Assembly (NCBI RefSeq): GCF_044704955.1 | Contig: NC_091977.1 | Span: 500,650,001 to 500,714,000 of the forward strand | From: Pristiophorus japonicus | Taxonomy: Eukaryota | DNA: 64,000 nucleotides | Direction of reading: 5' to 3' | Notes under the pieces: model-generated | Databases searched by the model: none | What the model was told of the DNA's origin: nothing | The model's input: the letters and a program-made list of their open reading frames with translations, nothing else | Shown here: piece after piece, positions 22,965 through 32,771 of the stretch | Layout: every line of letters starts with the position of its first letter | Position numbering within the stretch: position 1 is the stretch's first letter | Program-made: the position numbers and the translations under genes

Positions 22965-25272
22965 TTTTTTTTATTCGTTTCTGGATGTGGACATCGCTGG
23001 CAAGGTCAGCATTTATTGCCCAACCACAATTGACCTTGAGAAGGTGGTTGTAAGCTGCCTGCTTGAACCGCTGCAGTCCGTGTGGTTAAGGTACTCCCAT
23101 AATGCTGTTAGGGAGGGAGTTCCAGGATTTTGACCCAGCGACAATGAAGGAAGGGCGATATATTTCCAAGTCAGGATGTTGCGTGACTTTGAGAAGAATC
23201 TGCAGGTACTGGTGCTCCCAGGCGCCTACTGCCCTTGTCATTCCAGGTGGTGGAGGTCGCGGGTTTGGATGGTGCTGCTGAAGAAGCCTTGGCGAGTTGC
23301 TGCAGTACATCTTTTAGTTGGTGGTGGAGGGAGTAAATGTTTTAGAACATAAGAACATAAGAAATAGGAGCAGGAGTAGGCCATATGGCCCCTCGAGCCT
23401 GTTTCACCATTTAATACGATCATGGCTGATCTGATCATGAACTCAGATCCACTTCCCTGCCCGCTCTCTATAACCGCTTATCGTTTAAGAAACTGAATAT
23501 TTCTGTCTTAAATTGATTCAATATCCTAGCTTCCATAGCTCTCTGAGGCAGCGAATTCCACAGATTTACAACCCTCTAAGAGAAGAAATTTCTCCTTATC
23601 TCTGTTTTAAATGGGTGGCCACTTATTTTAAGATCGTGCCCTCTAGTTCTAGTCTCCCCTATCAGTGGAAACATCCTCTCTGCATCCACCTTGTCAAGCC
23701 CCCTCATAATCTTATACGTTTCGATAAGATCAGCTCTCATTCTTCTGAATTCCAATGAGTAGAGGCCCAACCTACACAACCTTTCCTCATAAGTCAACCC
23801 CCTCATCTACGGAATCAACCGAGTGAACCTTCTCTGAACTGCCTCCAAAGCAAGTATATCCTTTCGTAAATATGGAAACCAAAACTACACGCAGTATTCC
23901 AGGTGTGGCCTCACCAATACCCTGTATAACCGTAGCAAGACTTCCCTTTTATCCTCCAACCCCTTTGCAATAAAGGTCTAGATTCCATTGGCCTTTCTGA
24001 TCACTTGCTGTACCTGCTTACTAACCTTTTGTGTTTCATGCACAAGTACCCCTAGGTCCCGCTGTTCTGTGGCACTTTGCAATCTTTCTCCATTTAAATA
24101 ATAACTTGCTCTTTGATTTTTTTCTGCCAAAGTGCATGATCTCACACTTTCCGACATTATACTCCATCTGCCAAATTTGTGCCCACTCACCTAGCCTGTC
24201 TATGTCCTTTTGCAAATTTTTTGTGCTCTCCTCACACATTGCTTTTCCTCCCACCTTTGTATCATCAGCAAACTTGGCTACATTACACTCTGTCCCTTCT
24301 TCCAAGTCGTTAATATAGATTGTAAATAGTTGGGGTCCCAGCACTGATCCCTGCGGCACTCCACTAGTTACTGATTGCCAACCAGAGAATGAACCATTTA
24401 TCCCGACTCTGTTTTGTTAGTTAGCCAATTCTCTATCCATGCTAATATATTACCCCCAACCCCGTGAACTTTTATCTTGTGCCATAACCTTTTATGTGGC
24501 ACCTTGTCAAATGCCTTCTGGAAGTCCAAATACACCACATCCACTGGTTCCCCTTTATCCATCCTGTTTGTTACATCCTCAAAAAATTCCAGCAAATTTG
24601 TCAAACATGACTTCCCTTCATAAATCCATGCTGAACTCCCATTAAGGTGGTGGTGGAGGTGCCAATCAAGCAGGCTGCTTTGTCCTGGATGGTGTGGAAT
24701 TTTTTGAGCGTCATTGGAGCTGCACTCATCCAGGCAAGTGGAGAGTATTCCATCACACTCCTGACTTGTGCTTGGTAGATGGTGGAAAGGCTTAGGGGAG
24801 TCAGGAGGTGAGACACTTGCCATAGAAGACCCAGCCTCTGACATCTTGTAGCCACAGTATTTATGTGGCTGGTCCAGTTAAGTTTCTGGTCAATGTTGAC
24901 ACCCAGGATGTTGATGGTGGGGGATTCGGTGATGGTTATATTATTGTATGTCAAGGGGCGGTGGTTAGACTCTCGCTTGTTGGAGATAGTCATTGCCTGG
25001 CACTTGTGTGGTGCGAATGTTAATTGCGCCTATCAGCCCAACCCTGAATGTTGTTCAGGTCTTGCTGCATGCGGGCATGGACTGCTTCGTTATCCGAGGA
25101 GTTGCAAATGGAAGTGAAGTCAGTGCAGTCATCAGCGAACATCCCCAGTTTGAACCTTATGATGGGCGAAAGGTAATTGATGAAGCAGCTGAAGATGATT
25201 GCCCCCAGAACATTGCCCTGAGAAACTCCTGCAGTGATGTCCTGGGCCTGAGGTGATTGACCTCCAACCACC
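22965..25272 (-). mobile_element. Family B LINE (22965-23343 + 24642-25272) interrupted by a CR1
   Basis: 3' UTR at left; RT remnants (GMFADDCT, YQAQVRSVMEYSPLAW) at right. The sequence rejoins across the insert (GGAGTAAATGTT / TTAAGGTGGT). Confidence 0.85.
23344..24641 (-). mobile_element. 5'-truncated CR1, older subfamily with (TTCTTATG)n tail
   Basis: [21 protein letters not shown] and FADD motifs; tail AAGAACAT repeats at 23344-23365. Confidence 0.9.
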
Positions 25273-25502
25273 ACAGAGAGCTGTTGCGAGTGGGACATCA
25301 GATGACCACTATATACATGGTTTAGGGGATGACAGTTCCAGCATTGCTTGTGATCTGTGTGGCCTTAAGGGGACAAACCAGCTTATTAGCAGCAAAATAA
25401 TATATAGTGCTTTGTATGACTCAGTGCTCCGAACCTCATAAAACACGAGTAATGCTGCACTAGAATATAAATAGGGAAATCAACAAGAATACAAATCAAC
25501 AA

Positions 25503-26164
25503 GCAGTCCGGGGAGCGTCGAGAGAGGCGGGAGTCGAGAGAGGCAGCGGCCTATAAAAGGCTCAGCAGTCCGGGGAGCGTCGAGAGAGGCGGGAGTCGAG
25601 AGAGGCAGCGGCCTATAAAAGGCTCAGCAGTCCGGGGAGCGTCGAGAGAGGCGGGAGTCGAGAGAGGCAGCGGCCTATAAAAGGCTCAGCAGTCCGGGGA
25701 GCGTCGAGAGAGGCGGGAGTCGAGAGAGGCAGCGGCCTATAAAAGGCTCAGCAGTCCGGGGAGCGTCGAGAGAGGCGGGAGTCGAGAGAGGCAGCGGCCT
25801 ATAAAAGGCTCAGCAGTCCGGGGAGCATCGAGAGAGGCGGGAGTCGAGAGAGGCAGCGGCCTATAAAAGGCTCAGCAGTCCGGGGAGCGTCGAGAGACGC
25901 GGGAGTCGAGAGAGGCAGCGGCCTATAAAAGGCTCAGCAGTCCGGGGAGCATCGAGAGAGGCGGGAGTCAAGAGAGGCAGCGGCCTATAAAAGGCTCAGC
26001 AGTCCGGGGAGCGTCGAGAGAGGCGGGAGTCCAGAGAGGCAGCGGCCTATAAAAGGCTCAGCAGTCCGGGGAGCATCGAGAGAGGCGGGAGTCGAGAGAG
26101 GCAGCAGCCTATAAAAGGCTCAGCAGTCCGGGGAGCGTCGAGAGAGGCGGGAGTCGAGAGAGGC
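25503..26164 (+). repeat. 62-bp tandem monomers (10 full + 1 partial), each full unit with TATAAAA; CR1 5' UTR
   Basis: Unit GCAGTCCGGGGAGCGTCGAGAGAGGCGGGAGTCGAGAGAGGCAGCGGCCTATAAAAGGCTCA starting at 25503, 25565, ... 26123. Confidence 0.97.
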
Positions 26165-26217
26165 GTACCGGTGCAGCTCCAGCTGAGAGAAGTCAAAAAA
26201 GTAGAAAGAAATCAAAA

Positions 26218-26290
26218 GGTGACGTCACAGCCAACGTGGTAAGTGATTGGCTGCTGATTGGTGAGTAGTTTTTCTTTTTCTTTATTAGTC
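26218..26290 (+). promoter_or_regulatory. CRE palindrome, two inverted CCAAT boxes and splice-like signals in the CR1 5' UTR
   Basis: TGACGTCA (26220-26227), two GATTGG, GTAAGT and GTGAGT donor-like motifs, and a pyrimidine tract ending TTAG at 26288. Function is inferred. Confidence 0.5.
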
Positions 26291-26342
26291 AGTAACTTTT
26301 AACATTGTTGTCGGCAATTTAAGTGTATCTAAGGGTTAAGTC

Positions 26343-27290
26343 ATGGCAGGACAGCTCGGTCACGTGATATGCTCCTCCTGTACCATGTGGGAACACGGGG
26401 ACAACACCAGTGTCCCTGACGACTACATGTGCGGGAAGTGTGTCCACCTCCGGCTACTGACGGTCCGCGTTGCGGAGTTGGAGCTGAAGGTGGATTCACT
26501 CTGGAGCATCCACGATGCTGAGAATAACGTGAGTATCACGTGTAGCGAGTTGGTCTTACCGCAGGAGAAGGGTCCACAGCCAGCGAGGGAATGGAAGACC
26601 AGCAGGAAGAGTAGTGCAAGGAAGGTAGTGCAGGGGTCCCCTGTGGTCATCCCACTGCAAAACAGATACACTGCTTTGAGTGCTGTTGAGGGGGATGACT
26701 CATCAGGAGCGGGCAGCAGCAGCCAAGTTCATGGCACCGTGGCTGGCTCTGTTGCACAGGAGGGCAGGAAAAAGAGTGGGCGAGCGATAGTGATAGGGGA
26801 TTCAATTGTAAGGGGAATAGATAGGCGTTTCTGCGGCCGCAACCGAGACTCCAGGATGGTATGTTGCCTCCCTGGTGCAAGGGTCAAGGATGTCTCTGAG
26901 CGGGTGCAGGACATTCTAAAAAGGGAGGGAGAACAGCCAGTTGTCGTGGTGCACGTTGGTACCAATGACATAGGTAAAAAAAGGGATGAGTTCCTACAAA
27001 ATGAATTTAAGGAGCTAGGAGCTAAATTAAAAAGTAGGACCTCAAAAGTAGTAATCTCGGGATTGCTACCAGTGCCATGTGCTAGTCAGAGTAGGAATCG
27101 CAGGATAGCTCAGATGAATACGTGGCTTGAGCAATGGTGCAGCAGGGAGGGATTCAAATTCCTGGGGCATTGGAACCGGTTCTGGGGGAGGTGGGACCAG
27201 TACAATCCGGACGGTCTGCACCTGGGCAGAATCGGAACCAATGTCCTCGGGGGAGTGTTTGCTAGTGCTGTTGGGGAGGAGTTAAACTAA
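26343..27290 (+). CDS. CR1 ORF1p: CxxC-CxxC zinc finger, coiled coil, SGNH/GDSL esterase
   Basis: CSSC...CGKC; LRLLTVRVAELELKVDSL; NRYTAL; SGNH blocks IGDS, PGA, HVGTND and DGLH. 315 aa, uninterrupted. Confidence 0.93.
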   Translation: MAGQLGHVICSSCTMWEHGDNTSVPDDYMCGKCVHLRLLTVRVAELELKVDSLWSIHDAENNVSITCSELVLPQEKGPQPAREWKTSRKSSARKVVQGSPVVIPLQNRYTALSAVEGDDSSGAGSSSQVHGTVAGSVAQEGRKKSGRAIVIGDSIVRGIDRRFCGRNRDSRMVCCLPGARVKDVSERVQDILKREGEQPVVVVHVGTNDIGKKRDEFLQNEFKELGAKLKSRTSKVVISGLLPVPCASQSRNRRIAQMNTWLEQWCSREGFKFLGHWNRFWGRWDQYNPDGLHLGRIGTNVLGGVFASAVGEELN

Positions 27291-27367
27291 TATGGCAGGG
27301 GGATGGGAACCAATGCAGGGAGATAGAGGGAAACAAAAAGGAGGCAAAAACAAAAGACAGAAAGGAG

Positions 27368-30274
27368 ATGAGGAAAAGTGGAGGGCAGAGAAACCCAAGG
27401 CAAAGAACAAAAAGGGCCATTGTACAGCAAAATTCTAAAAGGACAGAGGGTGTTAAAAAAATAAGCCTAAAGGCTTTGTGTCTTAATGCAAGGAGTATCC
27501 GCAATAAGGTGGATAAATTAACTGTGCAAATAGATGTTAACAAATATGATGTGATTGGGATTACGGAGACGTGCCTCCAGGATGTTCAGGGCTGGGAACT
27601 CAACATCCAGGGGTATTCAACATTCAGGAAGGATAGAATAAAAGGAAAAGGAGGTGGGGTAGCATTGCTGGTTAAGGAGGAGATTAAGGCAATAGTTAGG
27701 AAGGACATTAGCTTGGATGATGTGGAATCTATATGGGTAGAGCTGCAGAACACCAAAGGGCAAAAAACGTTAGTGGGAGTTGTGTACAGACCTCCAAACA
27801 GTAGTAGTGATGTTGGGGAGGGCATCAAACAGGAAATTAGGGGTGCGTGCAATAAAGGTGCAGCAGTTATAATGGGTGACTTTAATATGCACATAGATTG
27901 GGCTAACCAAACTGGAAGCAATACGGTGGAGGAGGATTTTCTGGAGTGCATAAGGGATGGTTTTTTAGACCAATATGTCGAGGAACCAACTAGGAGGGAG
28001 GCCATCTTAGACTGGGTGTTATGTAATGAGAGAGGATTAATTAGCAATCTCGTTGTGCGAGGCCCCTTGGGGAAGAGTGACCATAATATGGTGGAATTCT
28101 GCATTGGGATGGAGAATGAAACAGTTAATTCAGAGACCATGGTCCAGAACTTAAAGAAGGCTAACTTTGAAGGTATGAGGCGTGAATTGGCTGGGATGGA
28201 TTGGCGAATGATACTTAAGGGGTTGACTGTGGATGGGCAATGGCAGACATTTAGAGACCGCATGGATGAACTACAACAATTGTACATTCCTGTCTGGCAT
28301 AAAAATAAAAAAGGGAAGGTGGCTCAACCGTGGCTATCAAGGGAAATCAGGGATAGTATTAAAGCCAAGGAAGTGGCATACAAATTGGCCAGAAATAGCA
28401 GCGAACCTGGGGACTGGGAGAAATTTAGAACTCAGCAGAGGAGGACAAAGGGTTTGATTAGGGCAGGGAAAATGGAGTATGAGAAGAAGCTTGCAGGGAA
28501 CATTAAGACGGATTGCAAAAGTTTCTATAGATATGTAAAGAGAAAAAGGTTAGTAAAGACAAACGTAGGTCCCCTGCAGTCAGAATCAGGGGAAGTCATC
28601 ACGGGGAACAAAGAAATGGCGGACCAATTGAACAAGTACTTTGGTTCGGTATTCACGAAGGAGGACACGAACAACCTTCCGGTTATAAAAGGGGTCGGGG
28701 GGTCTAGTAAGGAGGAGGAACTGAGGGAAATCCTTATTAGCCGGGAAATTGTGTTGGGGAAATTGATGGGATTGAAGGCCGATAAATCCCCAGGGCCTGA
28801 TGGACTGCATCCCAGAGTACTTAAGGAGGTGGCCTTGGAAATAGTGGATGCGTTGACAGTCATTTTCCAACATTCCATTGACTCTGGATCAGTTCCTATC
28901 GAGTGGAGGGTAGCCAATGTAACCCCACTTTTTAAAAAAGGAGGGAGAGAGAAAACAGGGAATTATAGACCGGTCAGCCTGACATCGGTAGTGGGTAAAA
29001 TGATGGAATCAATTATTAAGGATGTCATAGCAGTGCATTTGGAAAGAGGTGACATGATAGGTCCAAGTCAGCATGGATTTGTGAAAGGGAAATCATGCTT
29101 GACAAATCTTCTGGAATTTTTTGAGGATGTTTCCAGTAGAGTGGATAAGGGAGAACCAGTTGATGTGGTATATTTGGACTTTCAGAAGGCGTTCGACAAG
29201 GTCCCACACAAGAGATTGATGTGCAAAGTTAGAGCACATGGGATTGGGGGTAGTGTACTGACATGGATTGAGAACTGGTTGTCAGACAGGAAGCAAAGAG
29301 TAGGAGTAAATGGGTACTTTTCAGAATGGCAGGCAGTGACTAGTGGGGTACCGCAAGGTTCTGTGCTGGGGCCCCAGCTGTTTACACTGTACATTAATGA
29401 TTTAGATGAGGGGATTAAATGTAGTATCTCCAAATTTGTGGATGACACTAAGTTGGGTGGCAGTGTGAGCTGCGAGGAGGATGCTGTGAGACTGCAGAGC
29501 GACTTGGATAGGTTAGGTGAGTGGGCAAATGCATGGCAGATGAAGTATAATGTGGATAAATGTGAGGTTATCCACTTTGGTGGTAAAAACAGAGAGACAG
29601 ACTATTATCTGAATGGTGACAGATTAGGAAAAGGGGAGGTGCAAAGAGACCTGGGTGTCATGGTGCATCAGTCATTGAAGGTTGGCATGCAGGTGCAGCA
29701 GGCGGTTAAGAAAGCAAATGGCATGTTGGCCTTCATAGCAAGGGGATTTGAGTACAGGGGCAGGGAGGTGTTGCTACAGTTGTACAGGGCATTGGTGAGG
29801 CCACACCTGGAGTATTGTGTACAGTTTTGGTCTCCTAACCTGAGGAAGGACATTCTTGCTATTGAGGAAGTGCAGCGAAGGTTCACCAGACTGATTCCCG
29901 GGATGGCGGGACTGACCTATCAAGAAAGACTGGATCAACTGGGCTTGTATTCACTGGAGTTCAGAAGAATGAGAGGGGACCTCATAGAAACATTTAAAAT
30001 TCTGACGGGGTTAGACAGGTTAGATGCAGGAAGAATGTTCCCAATGTTGGGGAAGTCCAGAACCAGAGGTCACAGTCTAAGGATAAGGGGTAAGCCATTT
30101 AGGACCGAGATGCGGAGGAACTTCTTCACCCAGAGAGTGGTGAACCTGTGGAATTCTCTACCACAGAAAGTTGTTGAGGCCAATTCACTAAATATATTCA
30201 AAAAGGAGTTAGATGAGGTCCTTACTACTAGGGGGATCAAGGGGTATGGCGAGAAAGCAGGAATGGGGTACTGA
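27368..30274 (+). CDS. CR1 ORF2p: APE endonuclease + reverse transcriptase (frame open from 27266; true start may be a frameshift)
   Basis: APE motifs LNARS, ITET, VYRPP, GDFN, LDWVL, SDH; RT motifs [32 protein letters not shown]. 968 aa, uninterrupted. Confidence 0.96.
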   Translation: MRKSGGQRNPRQRTKRAIVQQNSKRTEGVKKISLKALCLNARSIRNKVDKLTVQIDVNKYDVIGITETCLQDVQGWELNIQGYSTFRKDRIKGKGGGVALLVKEEIKAIVRKDISLDDVESIWVELQNTKGQKTLVGVVYRPPNSSSDVGEGIKQEIRGACNKGAAVIMGDFNMHIDWANQTGSNTVEEDFLECIRDGFLDQYVEEPTRREAILDWVLCNERGLISNLVVRGPLGKSDHNMVEFCIGMENETVNSETMVQNLKKANFEGMRRELAGMDWRMILKGLTVDGQWQTFRDRMDELQQLYIPVWHKNKKGKVAQPWLSREIRDSIKAKEVAYKLARNSSEPGDWEKFRTQQRRTKGLIRAGKMEYEKKLAGNIKTDCKSFYRYVKRKRLVKTNVGPLQSESGEVITGNKEMADQLNKYFGSVFTKEDTNNLPVIKGVGGSSKEEELREILISREIVLGKLMGLKADKSPGPDGLHPRVLKEVALEIVDALTVIFQHSIDSGSVPIEWRVANVTPLFKKGGREKTGNYRPVSLTSVVGKMMESIIKDVIAVHLERGDMIGPSQHGFVKGKSCLTNLLEFFEDVSSRVDKGEPVDVVYLDFQKAFDKVPHKRLMCKVRAHGIGGSVLTWIENWLSDRKQRVGVNGYFSEWQAVTSGVPQGSVLGPQLFTLYINDLDEGIKCSISKFVDDTKLGGSVSCEEDAVRLQSDLDRLGEWANAWQMKYNVDKCEVIHFGGKNRETDYYLNGDRLGKGEVQRDLGVMVHQSLKVGMQVQQAVKKANGMLAFIARGFEYRGREVLLQLYRALVRPHLEYCVQFWSPNLRKDILAIEEVQRRFTRLIPGMAGLTYQERLDQLGLYSLEFRRMRGDLIETFKILTGLDRLDAGRMFPMLGKSRTRGHSLRIRGKPFRTEMRRNFFTQRVVNLWNSLPQKVVEANSLNIFKKELDEVLTTRGIKGYGEKAGMGY

Positions 30275-30837
30275 AGTTGCATGTTCAGCCATGAACTCAT
30301 TAAATGGCGGTGCAGGCTAGAAGGGCCGAATGGCCTACTCCTGCACCTATTTTCTATGTTTCTATGTTTCTATGTTTCTAATACATTTTTATTATTTGGC
30401 AAAAGCTTGGTAAAGGTTGTGATCTAAAAATACAAGAGGATAATGATTCATCTGATCCTGCAGAAGGAGTTTTTAATGCTGCTATAATTTAATACTTTTA
30501 ATGAACAAGGTAACTCTTACTGCAAGACATTAGACCTTATCACATCTGCTTAATATCCCTTTTACATGTCTTCTCTGATTATTCATGCACGAAAGAATCA
30601 TGTCTGATGACCTGATTTGTGCGATCAAAGTGACAATCTTTTTTCTGCAGGTCAGTTTCAAAGCACTTCAGAAACCAGTCTAGCTGCTATCAATTGAAAT
30701 TTGTGAAACACAGTAAAGAAGATCACACAATTTTCAGAGGGGAGCTAATCAATTGTTTTTGTTTTTTCTTATTTTTTTCCCCTCTGTAGTTTTCACTCTC
30801 CCTCTCCTAAAGGTCTTTAACTTTAATGATTATTCTT

Positions 30838-32075
30838 CATAAGAACATCAGAAATAGGAATAGAAGTAGGCCATTTGGCCCCTCAAGCCTGCTCCGCCAT
30901 TCAATAAGATCATGGCTGATCTGATCATGGACTGAGCTCCACTTCCCTGCCCGCTCCCTATAACCCTTTGCTCCCTTATCGCTCAAAAACATGTCTATCT
31001 CCAGCTTAAATATATTCAATGACCCAGCCTCCACAGCTATCTGGGGCAGAGAATTCCATAGATTTACAACTCAGAGAAGAAATTTCTCCTCATCTCAGTT
31101 TTAAATGGGCGGCCCCTTATTCTAAGACTATGTCTCCTAATTTTAGTTTCCCCTATGAGTGGAAATATCCTCTCTGCATCCACCTTGTTGAGCCACCTCA
31201 TTATCTTATAAGTTTCAATAAGGTCATCTCTCATTCTTCTGAACTCCAATGAGAATAGGCCCAAGCTATCTTCATAATTCAGCCCCCTCATCTCCAGAAT
31301 CAACTTAGTGAACTTTCTCTGAACAGCCTCCAAGACAACTGTATCATTCCTTAAATACGGAGACCAAAACTGTACGCAGTATTCCAGGTGTGGCCTCATC
31401 AATACCCTGTACAGTGTAGGAGGACTTCTCTGCTTTTATACTCTATCCCCCTTGCAATAAAGGCCAACATTCTATTTGTCTCCCTGATTACTTGCTGTAC
31501 CTGCATACTAATGTTTTGTGTTTCATGCACAAGGACCCCCAGGTCTCTCTGTATTGCAGCACTTTGCAATTTTTCTCCATTGAAATTCTAATTTGCTTTT
31601 CTATTATTTCTGCCAAAGTGGAAAACCTCACAATTTCCCACATTATACTCCATCTGCCAAATTTTTGCCCATTCACTTAGCCTGTCTATATCTCTTTGCA
31701 GATTGTGCGTGTCCTCCTCACAATTTGCTTTCCCATCCATCTTTATATCATCAGCAAACTTGGCTACATTACACTCGGTCCCTTCATCCAAATCATTAAT
31801 ATAGATTGTAAATAGTTGAGGATCCAGCACTGATCCCTGCGGCACCCCGCTAGTCACTTTTCCAATCGGAAATTGACCCATTTACCAGACTCTCTGTGTT
31901 CTGTTAGCATGGATAGAGGATTGGTTAACTAACATATTACCCCTAACCCTGTGAGCTTTTATCTTGTGCATTAAGCTCTTATGTGGCACCTTATCGACTG
32001 CTTTCTGGAAATCCAAATACACCACATCCACTGGTTCCCCCTTATCCACCCTGCTCGTTACATCCTCAAAGAATT
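30838..32075 (-). mobile_element. 5'-truncated, decayed CR1
   Basis: ORFs 31064..31402 and 31588..31881 ([25 protein letters not shown]); tail at 30838. Confidence 0.9.
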
Positions 32076-32771
32076 CATGTATTATCCTAGATAGCAGGGA
32101 AGTGGGTTTTCGGGTGGGGGAGTAGATTTTCCTCTTTTATACTTGGCTGTAAATATTCGCCTCAGTGGAACATATAGAGGCTAATCAGACAAACAAGGAT
32201 CAATTTAAATAGCTGGAAAATTGTGCAGGCTCTATTGTGGGTGTGTGACCCTCCCTATTTTATCTTCCTCTATGCAATCCACCTGGACAATTATTTACAC
32301 TGAAGGCACAAACGAGGAAGATCAGCCATTGCGTGTCAGCAGGACATGCAGTCTTTGGAAGAATTACATTTTAGTCTGACAATGTGCTCATAGACGGACA
32401 CATTCCAGTAAGGGCCCCTACATAGCGGTCAGGATTGGGAACCTATAAAATATTTAACAATTCTGTTCTCTTTCCACCCCCTCTCCCATTTCTGTCTGAA
32501 GACAAGAAGGTTGGACAGTCTCACAAACTGACTTCTTTACACCTGCTGCTCCATGACTCATTAGCAGGTGCAATTTAAGCAGGTTGACCTGCACCAGATC
32601 TTTTTTTCTTGCTACTTGAGGGGGTGGATCATTTGGACTCCATGCATTGTGCCATCTATGAGGCTCGGTGTGAGCCAATGAAATATATTCAATCAAGTTA
32701 GGTCAACAGGGAGCAACAAGCAGTCATCATTCGGGCTAAGAATTCTAAGCACTTCTTAAAAGGCAGGACAG

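Larger units (their letters stand above)
25503..30380 (+). mobile_element. Full-length, apparently intact CR1 LINE
   Basis: 5' monomer array, two uninterrupted ORFs, 3' UTR stem-loop (GGTGCAGG...CCTGCACC) and (TTTCTATG)n tail. Candidate TSD AATACA (25488-25493 / 30380-30385). Confidence 0.95.

Noticed and set aside
25503-26164. CRISPR-like appearance of the regular repeats (also 51071-51912 and 16187-16400)
   Set aside because: Head-to-tail units with no unique spacers, no cas genes, and a vertebrate context.
27586-28287. 233-aa antisense ORF also present at 57385..58086
   Set aside because: Shadow of CR1 ORF2 in two near-identical copies; no independent motif or evidence.
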